A stretch of DNA of 64,000 nucleotides from an uncultured Acidimicrobiaceae bacterium (lineage in GTDB: Bacteria; Actinomycetota; Acidimicrobiia; Acidimicrobiales; RAAP-2), in contig CAVXPD010000011.1 in the NCBI GenBank assembly GCA_963763575.1, positions 25,479 through 89,478 of the forward strand, written 5' to 3'. This document shows positions 9,146-18,931 of this stretch, in pieces. How positions within the stretch are numbered: the stretch's first letter is position 1; each line of letters opens with the position of its first letter. The notes below the pieces were generated by a model. That model made no database searches. It was not told the DNA's origin and saw only the letters and a list, made by a program, of their open reading frames with translations. The translations under genes and the position numbers were made by a program.

Positions 9146-9895
9146 TCAGCCCCTGCCCGGTTCGAGATTCCTCAGCGCTTGGCCGACCTGGGGAAACCGC
9201 TGGGAAAGCCGTGCTTTCAACTGCGTGAACCGGTGAGCCACCAGGAGTCGCGACCGCAGCGGCAGCGGGGCAAAGCTGTAGTCGGGGTACTTCCGGTTGA
9301 AGGGCTGCCCGCTCCATTCTTCAGGCCGTGGCTGCTCGAGCAGCGAAAACGCCGCGGCACGGTTGTCGAGGATCGCGTCCAAACGCCAATTGGGTTCCAG
9401 CTTCATGTGCTGGAACAGCGGCGCCACGGCCGGAATCGGTACGTCGTCGAAGATCAGCTGCCCTCCCACCTTCAGCATCCTCACCACGTAGTACCAGTCG
9501 ATTTCCGGATAGGGAAAGGAATGAGCACCATCGAGGAATGCCACGTCGAGAGTTCGAACAGCGGGAAGACTGGGCAAGACGTCGTCGGAGAGACCTTCGA
9601 TGAAGGTCAGGCGCGTGTGATCCACACCAATCCTCTCGCAGTACTCGACGACTCTCCGATGTTCGTCGGGATCAGGGCTGATCGCCGTGTGGTGCGCCCC
9701 GCCAGCAGCAAAGACGACTGTCGATGCTCCGCAACCCGTCTCGAGCGTGGTGCCTCCTTCAGGCACTGAGCGCTGAATCAGCCTGAGTGTCTCTGGGAGG
9801 GAGTTCCACTCGGCCGTGCCGTTCTGGTGGAACTTCGGTCGATCTCGCTCGAGTGTCGTGACGACGTTCATATCCATTACGAGGTTCATATCCAT
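9146..9895 (-). CDS. Class I SAM-dependent methyltransferase
   Basis: Inner start MDMNLVMDMN with AAGGA just upstream. Contains the motif I-like TLETGCGASTVVFA and ...VAFLDGAHSFPYPEIDWYYVVRMLKVGGQLIFDD. The longer track ORF to 10417 is Arg-rich shadow sequence. Confidence 0.75.
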   Translation of the reverse strand: MDMNLVMDMNVVTTLERDRPKFHQNGTAEWNSLPETLRLIQRSVPEGGTTLETGCGASTVVFAAGGAHHTAISPDPDEHRRVVEYCERIGVDHTRLTFIEGLSDDVLPSLPAVRTLDVAFLDGAHSFPYPEIDWYYVVRMLKVGGQLIFDDVPIPAVAPLFQHMKLEPNWRLDAILDNRAAAFSLLEQPRPEEWSGQPFNRKYPDYSFAPLPLRSRLLVAHRFTQLKARLSQRFPQVGQALRNLEPGRG

Positions 9896-9924
9896 TCCTT
9901 TTTGCGTTGCGGAAGGGGACCGGT

Positions 9925-11466
9925 TCACGCTGTGACGACCTCCTCGTTCCGCCTCGACCGCCGGGCGCGGAGCCTCGGTTGCCAGAGTGATCTGATGGCC
10001 GCGAGATACACGACAAGGCCAACCGACACGCCGACGGCGAGACGGGCGACGTCGGAGAGAGGGAGATGAGACGCAGCTATCCCGACGACGGCGACGCCGA
10101 GAGCACCCGCAACAGGTGCTGCGACTTCTCGGCCTATCAAGTGCACAGAGAAACCATTGCGACGGAGCGTCCATGCGAAGGCTGGAAGCACGATGATCCC
10201 TGCGACGAGTACGTGCCCGAGGCCCACGCCGGCGATTCCGCCGAGGTGGGCGCCAGCGATCAACGCCGGGACGAGGATCGCGAGCCAGAGACCCTGAAGG
10301 AGGAACACCGTCCGGCCTCGCCCGACGGCGACCAGCAATTCGGTCGAAATGATCGTCACGACCCTCATCGCGGCGAGAACGGCAAGGAACGTGAGGGCGG
10401 TTGCAGAATGGCCCCACTTCTGGCCGTAGAGCACGTGGATTACTGGGACACTCATGGTCGCAAGCAGCACACAGAGGGGCAGCGTGATTGCAACCACCGC
10501 CCCGACCGACTTTGCAAAGGTCCGATCGAGAGCCTTCCGATCATGCTGGAGCTTCGCGAAACCGGACAGCGAGACCATGGAGACGGCGGCCGAGAACAGA
10601 ACGACGGGCCAACTCGAGACGTTCCACGCCAACGAGTAGAACCCGAGCTGCTCAGGTCCGAGGAAGTGGCCGACCACCAAATTGTCCGTATTGAGGATCG
10701 AGACGAACAACAGCGCAGCACCTGCCAGAGGCAACCCGTGACGGAGCAGGGCCCGGGCGGTGGGCAGGTGAAGCCCAGGTCGGTATCGCATCGGCGCCCA
10801 CACGAGCAACACGAGTCCGACGACGAGGTTGCCACCGATGTTCCCCCAGGCGAGGCTGTATGCGCCGAAGCCCAGCGTCGCGAGGATCAGGGTGGTGCCG
10901 AGCGAAGTCACGGTTCCCGCGATCTCTCCAGAGCTCCGGACGTGGACTCGAAGGGTGCGGTTGGTCAGCGCGGAGTTCACCGTGAAAATCCCGCTGATGA
11001 GCAGGCCCACGGACATCAGACGAACGACGCCGACGCCGTCCGGAGCGTTGAACGCATCGGCAAATGCAGGTGCCGCAAACCAGAAGGCGACGAAAAGGGC
11101 CGTGCTGAACACCATGACAAGGGTGGTTGCGGTCGGCGCGATTTCTTCGAGGTCGTGGGGCCAGCGCACCAGCGTCGCCTCGATTCCCATGTCGTTGATG
11201 CTGGCCGTCACGAGGAGGGCGACGAATCCGACGGCGTACACCCCGAATTCCCGGGGCGAGAGGATGCGGGCGAGGATGAGGCCTGTGAGCATCGTCCCGA
11301 AGCGCATCGCGAAGGCGCCTGCAAAGGCCCACTTCAGGCCGCGCTTTACCCGCGCGCCGAGGTCCGCGACCCCCTGATTCGGAGCAGCGCCACTCTCGAG
11401 CACCTCGGCCCCGGTTGAAGCCGTCACTGGCTCCGTTCCGTCGGAGCGAGCCGCCTGGATCGTCAC
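9925..11466 (-). CDS. Wzx-like polysaccharide flippase (MOP superfamily membrane protein)
   Basis: Polytopic membrane protein: ...KWAFAGAFAMRFGTMLTGLILARILSPREFGVYAVG...LGPEQLGFYSLAWNV... Start uncertain (GTG 11466 or 11427; maximal ORF reaches 11706). Confidence 0.75.
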   Translation of the reverse strand: MTIQAARSDGTEPVTASTGAEVLESGAAPNQGVADLGARVKRGLKWAFAGAFAMRFGTMLTGLILARILSPREFGVYAVGFVALLVTASINDMGIEATLVRWPHDLEEIAPTATTLVMVFSTALFVAFWFAAPAFADAFNAPDGVGVVRLMSVGLLISGIFTVNSALTNRTLRVHVRSSGEIAGTVTSLGTTLILATLGFGAYSLAWGNIGGNLVVGLVLLVWAPMRYRPGLHLPTARALLRHGLPLAGAALLFVSILNTDNLVVGHFLGPEQLGFYSLAWNVSSWPVVLFSAAVSMVSLSGFAKLQHDRKALDRTFAKSVGAVVAITLPLCVLLATMSVPVIHVLYGQKWGHSATALTFLAVLAAMRVVTIISTELLVAVGRGRTVFLLQGLWLAILVPALIAGAHLGGIAGVGLGHVLVAGIIVLPAFAWTLRRNGFSVHLIGREVAAPVAGALGVAVVGIAASHLPLSDVARLAVGVSVGLVVYLAAIRSLWQPRLRARRSRRNEEVVTA

Positions 11467-11974
11467 GGGCTCGCCGAGAGGACCGACAGGCGCAAGAGAC
11501 AGTGCGACCGTCCGCGGCGTCGGATGCCAGTCCGAGCGAGGCTCGTCCGGCACGCTGAGCGTCTGCAACTGGGGTTGGTAGTCTTGATCTTGGCGCCGCA
11601 GGACATGCCCGAGAGGTGGTCTCCGCCGGTCGTGCGCCGGGGCGCCCCATCTGTCCTGGGAACCCAGGTGCTCTCCACCACTGCCCAGCGGCGTGTCACG
11701 TCTCACCTCTTCTGACGGTCTCGCCCTTCCTCAGGGCGTCGGAAACCCGGCTTGAGCGTCCGATGCCCACGCCCTCGCACGTAAATGAGGCCAAAGCCGC
11801 AGGGCTGATACCTGCCGAGACGCCTCCGAGGGGGATCAATCCTGGAGTGTCACCGCCGAAGCTGAGGCTGCGTCGGGTCCGTGAAATTCGAGCATGGTGG
11901 CCTGAGACGTATCAGGACACGCCCCTGCTGCTCCCAATGATCGGAACGAAACCGGCGTCGAGGAGCTGACACGG

Positions 11975-12010
11975 CAGCCAAGAGCTTCAAGGCAGCCAGG
12001 AGCTTCAAGC
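11975..12010. promoter_or_regulatory. 18-bp tandem direct repeat (CAGCCAAGAGCTTCAAGG / CAGCCAGGAGCTTCAAGC) in a divergent intergenic region
   Basis: Read directly, 16 of 18 positions identical. It lies about 80 bp upstream of the GT2 gene start at 12090, in a visibly AT-richer spacer between divergent glycan genes. Confidence 0.5.
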
Positions 12011-12089
12011 TGCGCCGGTCTTCACTCGGGGAGCGTACGCGGCTAACTACCCACCCTCTCCCAGTGGTCAATGCACACCTTCGAACCCC

Positions 12090-12941
12090 ATGATTATGCC
12101 GACTAAAGGATCCATTCTGATTCCCGCCCACAACGAGGCTGCGGTAATCGCCAGGTGTCTCGATGCTCTTTTTGAGGACGTATGCCCTGGTGAACTCGAG
12201 GCGGTGGTGGTCTGCAATGGGTGTAGCGACGACACAGCTCGTGTGGTCCGGGACTCTGAGCATGACGTGATGGTCCTCGAATCGGACGTTCCGTCGAAGC
12301 CCGAGGCACTGCGGATGGGGGAGCGGGTACTCAAGGCTTTTCCCCGTCTGTACCTTGATGCCGACGTCATCTTGCGCGGTCGGTCGGCCCTTGCGCTGTG
12401 CGAACGGCTTCGGCAAGGTCCCGCTCTGGCCGCTCGCCCACCGATCCTCTACGAGGTTGACGGCGCCTCGGGTCCGGTGCGCAGGTACTACAAGGCACGT
12501 GAGCGTCTGACCGCCGACATCGTCTCGCTCTGGGGTGCAGGCATCTACGGGCTGTCACAAGAAGGCCGCGCTCGATTTGGAGCATATCCAGACATCGTTG
12601 GCGAGGATCTCTTTGTGGACTCGCAATTTGCAGAGCATGAGGTCGAGGTCGTCTGCTGCGCGCCCGTCATCGTAAGAGCTCCCCGGCGAACAGCGGATCT
12701 CGTTCGGATCATGCGGCGCGCCTACAGGGGCAATGCAGAGCTTGCCGTGGGTTCACACGGATCGACTCCGAAGGCGACCACCGGACGGACGGGTCGTGAA
12801 CTACTCGACTTGGCTCGTGAGGGACCGAGCCAGGCCTTCGATGCCTTCGTCTATTCGACGGTTGCGCTTACGGGACGGCTGATGACCCATATCGGCGCCA
12901 CGGACCGATGGGAACGGGACGAGAGTTCGAGGGTCGCGTGA
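12090..12941 (+). CDS. Family 2 glycosyltransferase
   Basis: N-terminus SILIPAHNEAAVIARCLDAL...VVVCNGCSDDT and a DxD-like LDAD, the typical GT-A fold signature. Confidence 0.8.
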   Translation: MIMPTKGSILIPAHNEAAVIARCLDALFEDVCPGELEAVVVCNGCSDDTARVVRDSEHDVMVLESDVPSKPEALRMGERVLKAFPRLYLDADVILRGRSALALCERLRQGPALAARPPILYEVDGASGPVRRYYKARERLTADIVSLWGAGIYGLSQEGRARFGAYPDIVGEDLFVDSQFAEHEVEVVCCAPVIVRAPRRTADLVRIMRRAYRGNAELAVGSHGSTPKATTGRTGRELLDLAREGPSQAFDAFVYSTVALTGRLMTHIGATDRWERDESSRVA

Positions 12942-14332
12942 CTGTCACTTTGACACCTGATGTCCGCACGGTGAATCTGCCAACAGACCACCGGACGCGG
13001 AGCCGGCGGGACCATGCCGTGGTTCTCCTGCAGGCGTTTGCCGTCACGCTGTTCGTCTTTCCCTCCGACACTGTCATCAAGGCCATCGGTGCGGCCGGTT
13101 TCGTCGCGGCGATCATCGCCATGTTCGGCTTTGTCGCGTGGCTGCTGTCGACGATTCTCGGGCTGCACAATCCGCTCGATCATCGGCATCCGACTCGGGC
13201 CGCACTTGGGGTTTTGTGGCTGGTGTCGCTGGTGTCCTACTGCCTCATGCACCGGACACCCGTATCCAACGTGGAAGACTTGGCCGCCAATCGCTGGCTC
13301 ATGCAGCTGGCAGGCGTTACCGGTGTCGCACTGATCGCGGCTGAGTGCCTCAATTCGCTAGAAGCCGTCAAGCGAGTGATCAGGGTCGTAGTCGCGGGAG
13401 CGGCGTTCTGCAGCGTTGTCGCCGCCCTCCAGTTCTGGACGAGTTTCGACCTTTCCCACTACCTGCGGATGATCCCCGGGTTCTCGATCGACGCCGTGAA
13501 CGCAACGGTGACCTATAGGGACGGGGTCAGACGAGTGACGGGGACCGCCATCGATCCGATCGAGCTGGGAGTGGTGGCGGGAATGCTGCTTCCTCTCGCG
13601 CTGTACCTGTTGCTCTACGACCGGCATCGACGGCCATGGAAACGGTGGGTTCCGGTGCTCTGTCTCGCTCTCGCAGTGCCGATCACGGTGTCGCGATCGG
13701 CCGTCCTGGCTGTTGCCCTGTCGTTTGGACTGTTCTTGGTGCTCCTTCCGTCGATTCGTCGGATTCCGTTCATTGTGGCACTACCGGTGGTCGTCGCGGG
13801 CATCTTCGCGGCTGGGCACGGATTGATCGGCACGATCGGCAAGTACTTCACGTTGAGTTCCAGTACTGATACATCGCTCGCCCATCGGACAAACAACTAC
13901 GCCTACGTGGAACAGCTCGTGCGGGAGGCTCCGTGGTTCGGTACCGGTGGAGGTACGTATCTTCCGAACACGTTGCACATCCTTGACAACCAGTACCTCA
14001 CTACGGTCATCGAGTTAGGGCTGGTCGGTCTTGTTGCCGTCGCGTACTTTTTCGTTCTCCCGTTTGCAACGGCTCTCGTCGCACGGAACCGAACGTCTGA
14101 TATGGAACTGCGCACCCTCTGCGGTGCGCTCGCAGGGGCTGCACTTGCGGCCACTGTCTGCTCGGGAACGTTCGACTCTTTGTCCTTTCCGATGTTCGTC
14201 TACGTCGACGCACTGGTTCTCGGCCTGGCCGGTGCGTGCTGGCGGCTTGTCGCATCTTCGAATACCCAGTTAGGAGGCACCACCGTGCACAGAAATTTCC
14301 GACCGGGCCTTGCCCGCCTCAGCGGGAGGTAG
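12938..14332 (+). CDS. O-antigen ligase / Wzy-type polymerase-like polytopic membrane protein
   Basis: About 12 hydrophobic segments with a large loop ...SLAHRTNNYAYVEQLVREAPWFGTGGGTY..., as in the Wzy_C family. GTGA overlap with the upstream GT2 stop. Maximal ORF starts at 12908. Confidence 0.65.
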   Translation: MTVTLTPDVRTVNLPTDHRTRSRRDHAVVLLQAFAVTLFVFPSDTVIKAIGAAGFVAAIIAMFGFVAWLLSTILGLHNPLDHRHPTRAALGVLWLVSLVSYCLMHRTPVSNVEDLAANRWLMQLAGVTGVALIAAECLNSLEAVKRVIRVVVAGAAFCSVVAALQFWTSFDLSHYLRMIPGFSIDAVNATVTYRDGVRRVTGTAIDPIELGVVAGMLLPLALYLLLYDRHRRPWKRWVPVLCLALAVPITVSRSAVLAVALSFGLFLVLLPSIRRIPFIVALPVVVAGIFAAGHGLIGTIGKYFTLSSSTDTSLAHRTNNYAYVEQLVREAPWFGTGGGTYLPNTLHILDNQYLTTVIELGLVGLVAVAYFFVLPFATALVARNRTSDMELRTLCGALAGAALAATVCSGTFDSLSFPMFVYVDALVLGLAGACWRLVASSNTQLGGTTVHRNFRPGLARLSGR

Positions 14333-14338
14333 ATCGCC

Positions 14339-15142
14339 ATGGATCTCCTCTCTATTTGCCGGACGATGTGGAAGCACAAGCTGGTGGTGCTCCCTGTGTT
14401 GCTGATTACGTTCGTGAGCGCCGCCTACTTCTTGGTCGTCGCGAAGCCGCTCTACCAAACGACCGCTGACTACGTGATCGCTCCACCCCCAACCGCGGCT
14501 ACGCCAGCTCAGATCGCTGCGGATCCAAGCCTGAAGAACGCCAACCCGGCCAACCTCTACGCGCGGTTCTACGACCAGTCGATCATCGCCGACGCCCTCG
14601 AGGCTCGCATGACCAGCCCGTCCACACAGAACGCGCTCTTGAAGCAAGGCGCGGATCCACGCAACACGACGACGCTCGTCCAGGTGAACGGGACGACCGA
14701 GCCCGGCGTGGAGGTTACGGGTACCGGGTCCACCGCTGCAGAGGCGACCCGGACCGGTATTTTGCTCGGAGACGAGGTCAACCAGAGTCTGCGCTCCCTT
14801 CAGAGCGCTCAGGGCACGAATCCCTTCTACATGTTCACCGCGATTCAGGTCGCCAACAGCGGCCCCCCGCAAGTGAAGGAGTCGAGCAAACTTCGATCTG
14901 TGCTCGGCGTGCTGGGCATCGGTATCGTGTTGCTCTTCCTCGCGGTCTCGATTGCCGACGCGATCGACAAGAAGCGAGCGGAACGCCGTCACCGGACCGT
15001 CCACCGGGTGAAGGGTGAAATCCCGGGCTCGGGGGCACAGAAACCGTCGGCATCGAACCGGGAACCAGCCTTCGCCAACACCGCTGTGGTGTCTCACAAC
15101 GGAAGCGGGGACGCCTCCCGGACGGCAGACAGGTACTCGTGA
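14339..15142 (+). CDS. Wzz-like polysaccharide chain-length determinant (PCP family, no kinase domain)
   Basis: N-terminal TM (LVVLPVLLITFVSAAYFLVV), a periplasmic-like middle region and a C-terminal TM (VLGVLGIGIVLLFLAVSIA). Sits between Wzy-like and GT genes. Confidence 0.6.
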   Translation: MDLLSICRTMWKHKLVVLPVLLITFVSAAYFLVVAKPLYQTTADYVIAPPPTAATPAQIAADPSLKNANPANLYARFYDQSIIADALEARMTSPSTQNALLKQGADPRNTTTLVQVNGTTEPGVEVTGTGSTAAEATRTGILLGDEVNQSLRSLQSAQGTNPFYMFTAIQVANSGPPQVKESSKLRSVLGVLGIGIVLLFLAVSIADAIDKKRAERRHRTVHRVKGEIPGSGAQKPSASNREPAFANTAVVSHNGSGDASRTADRYS

Positions 15143-15981
15143 ACGAATCGGTCGGCCTCATGGGGCTGATGCTTGACAATTTGGATGAGAACCAGGTCAC
15201 CGAGCGAATTCTCGACGGTGCCGCCTCAGGCCGAGGCGGATGGGTGATCACTCCCAACGTCGATATTCTTCGCCAGCTGGTCGACGATCCCGGTCTGATG
15301 GAATTGGCGCGTCGAGCCGACCTCGCGATCACCGACGGCATGCCTCTCGTTTGGGCCAGCCGGCTCCAGGGCACTCCGCTGGTAGAGCGGGTTGCGGGCC
15401 GTCAGCTGATGTGGACCGTTTGCCGTGCCGCTACGGGGCGCGGCGCGTCGATCTACCTGCTCGGTGGGGAATCCGGCGTGGCCGTGGAGGCTGCCGAGGC
15501 GCTCACCCGAGAAATCCCCAACCTGAGAGTTGTTGGTACACATTGCCCGCCTCACGGATTCGAACGTGACGAGCGATGCATGGAAGCGATCTTCACGGAA
15601 TTGGAGCGGACACAGCCCGACGTCGTCTTTTGTGGGCTTGGTTTCCCCAAACAGGAGCGTCTGATGTCTCTCCTCGCTGCGCGGTTCGAGTCGATGTGGT
15701 TCATGGGGTGCGGGGGGTCGCTGACCATGGCGGCCGGCCGCGTGCGGAGTGCCCCAAAGGTGATCCAGAAGCTCGGCCTCGAGTGGATGTTTCGCCTCGT
15801 ACAAGAGCCCAGGCGTCTCTTTGCCCGCTACGTGGTTCATGACCTGCCGTTCGCCGTCCGTCTGCTCGTCGAGGCCGTTCGCACTCGGAGGAGCGAACCG
15901 CCGACTCGAGTGATCCGTTCCGAGCACGGATCCGGGGTGGAATTGACAGCCGCCGGAGGGCGTCCGGGATCCATACCGTAA
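15139..15981 (+). CDS. WecB/TagA/CpsF-family glycosyltransferase
   Basis: ...WVITPNVDILR...ADLAITDGMPLVWASRL...IYLLGG...VFCGLGFPKQERLM... is the family signature. GTGA overlap with the upstream gene. Confidence 0.85.
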   Translation: MNESVGLMGLMLDNLDENQVTERILDGAASGRGGWVITPNVDILRQLVDDPGLMELARRADLAITDGMPLVWASRLQGTPLVERVAGRQLMWTVCRAATGRGASIYLLGGESGVAVEAAEALTREIPNLRVVGTHCPPHGFERDERCMEAIFTELERTQPDVVFCGLGFPKQERLMSLLAARFESMWFMGCGGSLTMAAGRVRSAPKVIQKLGLEWMFRLVQEPRRLFARYVVHDLPFAVRLLVEAVRTRRSEPPTRVIRSEHGSGVELTAAGGRPGSIP

Positions 15982-16121
15982 ACAGCCGCCAGCGGGCGCG
16001 TTCGTTCGCGGCGATTGCAGCCCCTATCCGCCTCGGGCGGTTGGCGCCAAGGCCGGCTCGCATCAGCTTCGGCGGTGGCGGGATCGATCTCCTGCGGGCC
16101 GTGGGTGGGGTGCTCTCAGGC

Positions 16122-17099
16122 CTATCGCTGATCTTCTTGTGTTGGTCGTGGCTCCCCAGGAAGTTGTGCCCACGACCCGCGATGGAGAAGACGTCGGAGG
16201 GCCAAGCGGTGGTGAGGCTGGCCGGTCCGCAGGATCTCACCCAGAGCGACAACAGCGCGGAACAGGGCTGAGGCGGGGCGTGAGTGGTACTTCTCGTAGT
16301 ACCTGATGCGGTTGACCGCCATCAGGGCGTTGAGTTCGGCCGACGTTCCGGAGCCACCTTGTCGGTGAACGACGCGAGCATCCGGCGCATAGAGGCACGG
16401 GAAACCCGCCTCCCTCGCGCGCCTGAAAAAATCGGTCTCCTCCGAGTACAGGAAAAACCGGTTGTCATCCCACGGTCCGACGTCGCGATTGCACTGCTCG
16501 CTCATCAGGAGTGCGGCGCCGCTCGCCCATTCGATCGAACAGGAGTTCTTGTACGTCGCCGGGTCGTGAATCGTCTCGCTCGACCAGGCCGGTCGGATGC
16601 GGCCGAGCCGAGATCCCAAGCACGCATCGCAGGTAGCCCGCAGCAGTGTGGGCTCTCGTCTCAGCGACGTATAGAGGTGTCGTTGCGCATCGAGAATCAT
16701 GGGCACGACGACCCCAGCGTTCGAAGTCTTGAGCGAATGGACGAGGGCCGTGACGGCTCCAGCTTCCAATGTGAGGTCCGGATTCAGCAGAAGCACGCTG
16801 TCACAGGGTTCAACGTGTGGGCGAGCCACATTGATTGCTCCCGCGTAGCCGAGGTTGGCGCCGGCGGCAACGGCGACGACATCGCTGTGTTGCGTAATTT
16901 CGTTCCACGTGGCGTCCGACGACGAGTTGTCCACGACCACGGTCCGCATCCGCAGTCCCGGAGCTGCTGCGGGTAAGGATGCGAGCAGCCGGACCAAATC
17001 ATCGGCACTGTTGTACGTGACTATGATGACGCCGCAGTCGACACGGTCGAGTTCGGGGGAGTCCTCTTCGGTTGTGGCAGGAGCAGACAGCATCATCAC
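16122..17099 (-). CDS. Family 2 glycosyltransferase (rhamnosyltransferase-like)
   Basis: GVIIVTYNSADDLVRLLASLP...VVVDNSSSD...GYAGAIN...LLLNPD. Confidence 0.8.
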   Translation of the reverse strand: MMMLSAPATTEEDSPELDRVDCGVIIVTYNSADDLVRLLASLPAAAPGLRMRTVVVDNSSSDATWNEITQHSDVVAVAAGANLGYAGAINVARPHVEPCDSVLLLNPDLTLEAGAVTALVHSLKTSNAGVVVPMILDAQRHLYTSLRREPTLLRATCDACLGSRLGRIRPAWSSETIHDPATYKNSCSIEWASGAALLMSEQCNRDVGPWDDNRFFLYSEETDFFRRAREAGFPCLYAPDARVVHRQGGSGTSAELNALMAVNRIRYYEKYHSRPASALFRAVVALGEILRTGQPHHRLALRRLLHRGSWAQLPGEPRPTQEDQR

Positions 17100-17359
17100 T
17101 CGAGTCGTCCCGTCGGATCGCCGTTCTCGCTCATACGAACACCGATCCTGTCAACAGAAAGATGGCCAGATCACATCCGACGAGGGATATGAGTGGCCGG
17201 GCCGGCGAGAAATACGACGGGTCGGCAGGATGACTTCCGGGGCTGAGCATGTCCAGGACTCCGGTCCGGTTCCGGGCAATCCTATGACAAGATCGGCGTG
17301 GGGCGGTCCACAGCCCGCTGGCCGCAGAAATGGCCTGCTTCCCCAGTCGACCTGACGTG

Positions 17360-18580
17360 ATGAAGGCTTTCCGAAGCGACCTGGTCTGGTTTGCCGGTGT
17401 GCAGTGGGATGGGATCCGCGGCACGGATCGGCACATGGTCACGGCGATCAGCCAGCACTTCAATGTGCTGTGGGTGGATCCTCCCGTCTCCCCGCTGACT
17501 TCGCTCCGGTCGAGCGACGCCACCCACGCGGTTTTCAGGCCACGGTTGTCGGTGGCGAGCGAGCGTGTCACTCGGCTGACTCCGGTCGCGCTTCCCGGCG
17601 TCACTCGCTGGGGGGTGAGGGCGACGACCTCGCCGTTAGTGCGAGCACAGGTCCGGTGGGCGCTGCACAGGACCGGGAGCCGGCCGCTTGCCGTCGTTGC
17701 CACCCGCCTCGACGATGTTCTCGGTCGATGGGGCAAAGGTGTCTCGAACGTCCTCTATGGAACGGACGACTACGTCGCTGGCGGCGACCTCATGGGGCTC
17801 TCGCCTCACTGGCTCGAAGCACAGGAGCGCGAGGCGCTGACGCGGGCGGATGTTGTGATCGCGGTCTCGGATCAATTGGCAGATCGATGGAGACGTCCCG
17901 GCGTGACGCCCGTGGTCATTCCGAACGGCTGCAACGACGCCGGCGACAACGATGCCGTGCCCGCGGTACCGCTTCGGCTGCCGCGACCGGTGGTCGGACT
18001 CGTGGGGCAACTCTCTGACCGCATCGATCTCGACATAGTGGAAGGCGTCGTCGACGCCGGCTTGTCGCTCCTGCTCGTCGGCCCGAAGGACCCTCGGTGG
18101 GAACCCGAGAGGTTTGACTCCTTGGTTCTCCGCCCAGGCGTCCACTTCGCCGGTCCTGTTCCCGCGGACGAAGTTCCCTCCTATCTCGCGGCCATCGACG
18201 TCGGGATCACGCCGTATCGGGACAGCCCGTTCAATCAGGCCTCGTTTCCCCTCAAGACCTTGGAATATCTGGGGGCGGGCCGGCCCGTGGTCAGCACGGC
18301 GTTGCCCTCTGCGCGCTGGCTGAAGGCCGATCTGGCCAAGCGCGATCTGGAGTCCCATGAGGACGAGATCCTCGTGCTGGCCGATGATGTTCCTGGCTTC
18401 GTGGACGCATTGCGCAGGGTTGCCAACGGCGGATGCGGACTAGTGCAACCCCCGCGCGTCAAGGACGAAGGGCGCGCCGCGCTGACCAAATCCGATCGGT
18501 GCCGCGCCTTTGCAGCAGAGCACTCCTGGTCGCGTCGTGCTGACGCGTTCACATCAGCGATCGGACTGGCAACCCGGTAG
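17360..18580 (+). CDS. GT1/GT4-family glycosyltransferase (TuaH-like)
   Basis: C-terminal ...VHFAGPVPADEVPSYLAAIDVGITPYRDSPFNQASFPLKTLEYLGAGRPVVST... is typical of GT-B retaining transferases. Start MKAFRSDLVWFAG; maximal ORF starts at 17330. Confidence 0.75.
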   Translation: MKAFRSDLVWFAGVQWDGIRGTDRHMVTAISQHFNVLWVDPPVSPLTSLRSSDATHAVFRPRLSVASERVTRLTPVALPGVTRWGVRATTSPLVRAQVRWALHRTGSRPLAVVATRLDDVLGRWGKGVSNVLYGTDDYVAGGDLMGLSPHWLEAQEREALTRADVVIAVSDQLADRWRRPGVTPVVIPNGCNDAGDNDAVPAVPLRLPRPVVGLVGQLSDRIDLDIVEGVVDAGLSLLLVGPKDPRWEPERFDSLVLRPGVHFAGPVPADEVPSYLAAIDVGITPYRDSPFNQASFPLKTLEYLGAGRPVVSTALPSARWLKADLAKRDLESHEDEILVLADDVPGFVDALRRVANGGCGLVQPPRVKDEGRAALTKSDRCRAFAAEHSWSRRADAFTSAIGLATR

Positions 18581-18931
18581 GTACCTCGGCGACCTCGCGA
18601 TTGTTGCACTCCGACGGAGACAAGCCCGTCAGGCGTTTGATCCAGCATGCAACTGGTAAAGGTGACATTTGTCTCGCGGCTGAACACGAGCGAGTTCTCT
18701 TCGAGAGATGAGCAGGTTGTCGTCTAGAGAACAGTTGGAGGGGGAGTGAGCCGCATGGGACCGTACTTCGCGTTTGACCCTGGCGTCTCGAAGGCGACGC
18801 GCTGGCATGAGCCTGCCTGGCGGCCGCAGTTCGTGCAGTGCATGGTCGACGTCCGTAAGAAGTTCCGGGCATCACTGCGTGACGCGTATTGCACTGCCGC
18901 TCACGGGACGGACCGGTTACGAGTGCGTCTG

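Noticed and set aside
10066-11418. 450-aa plus-strand ORF opposite the flippase gene. Similar cases are 40293..42242, 41827..43707, 19358..20464 and 43704..44693.
   Set aside because: Charged low-complexity translations lying opposite genes with clear family signatures. These are typical antisense shadows in high-GC DNA.
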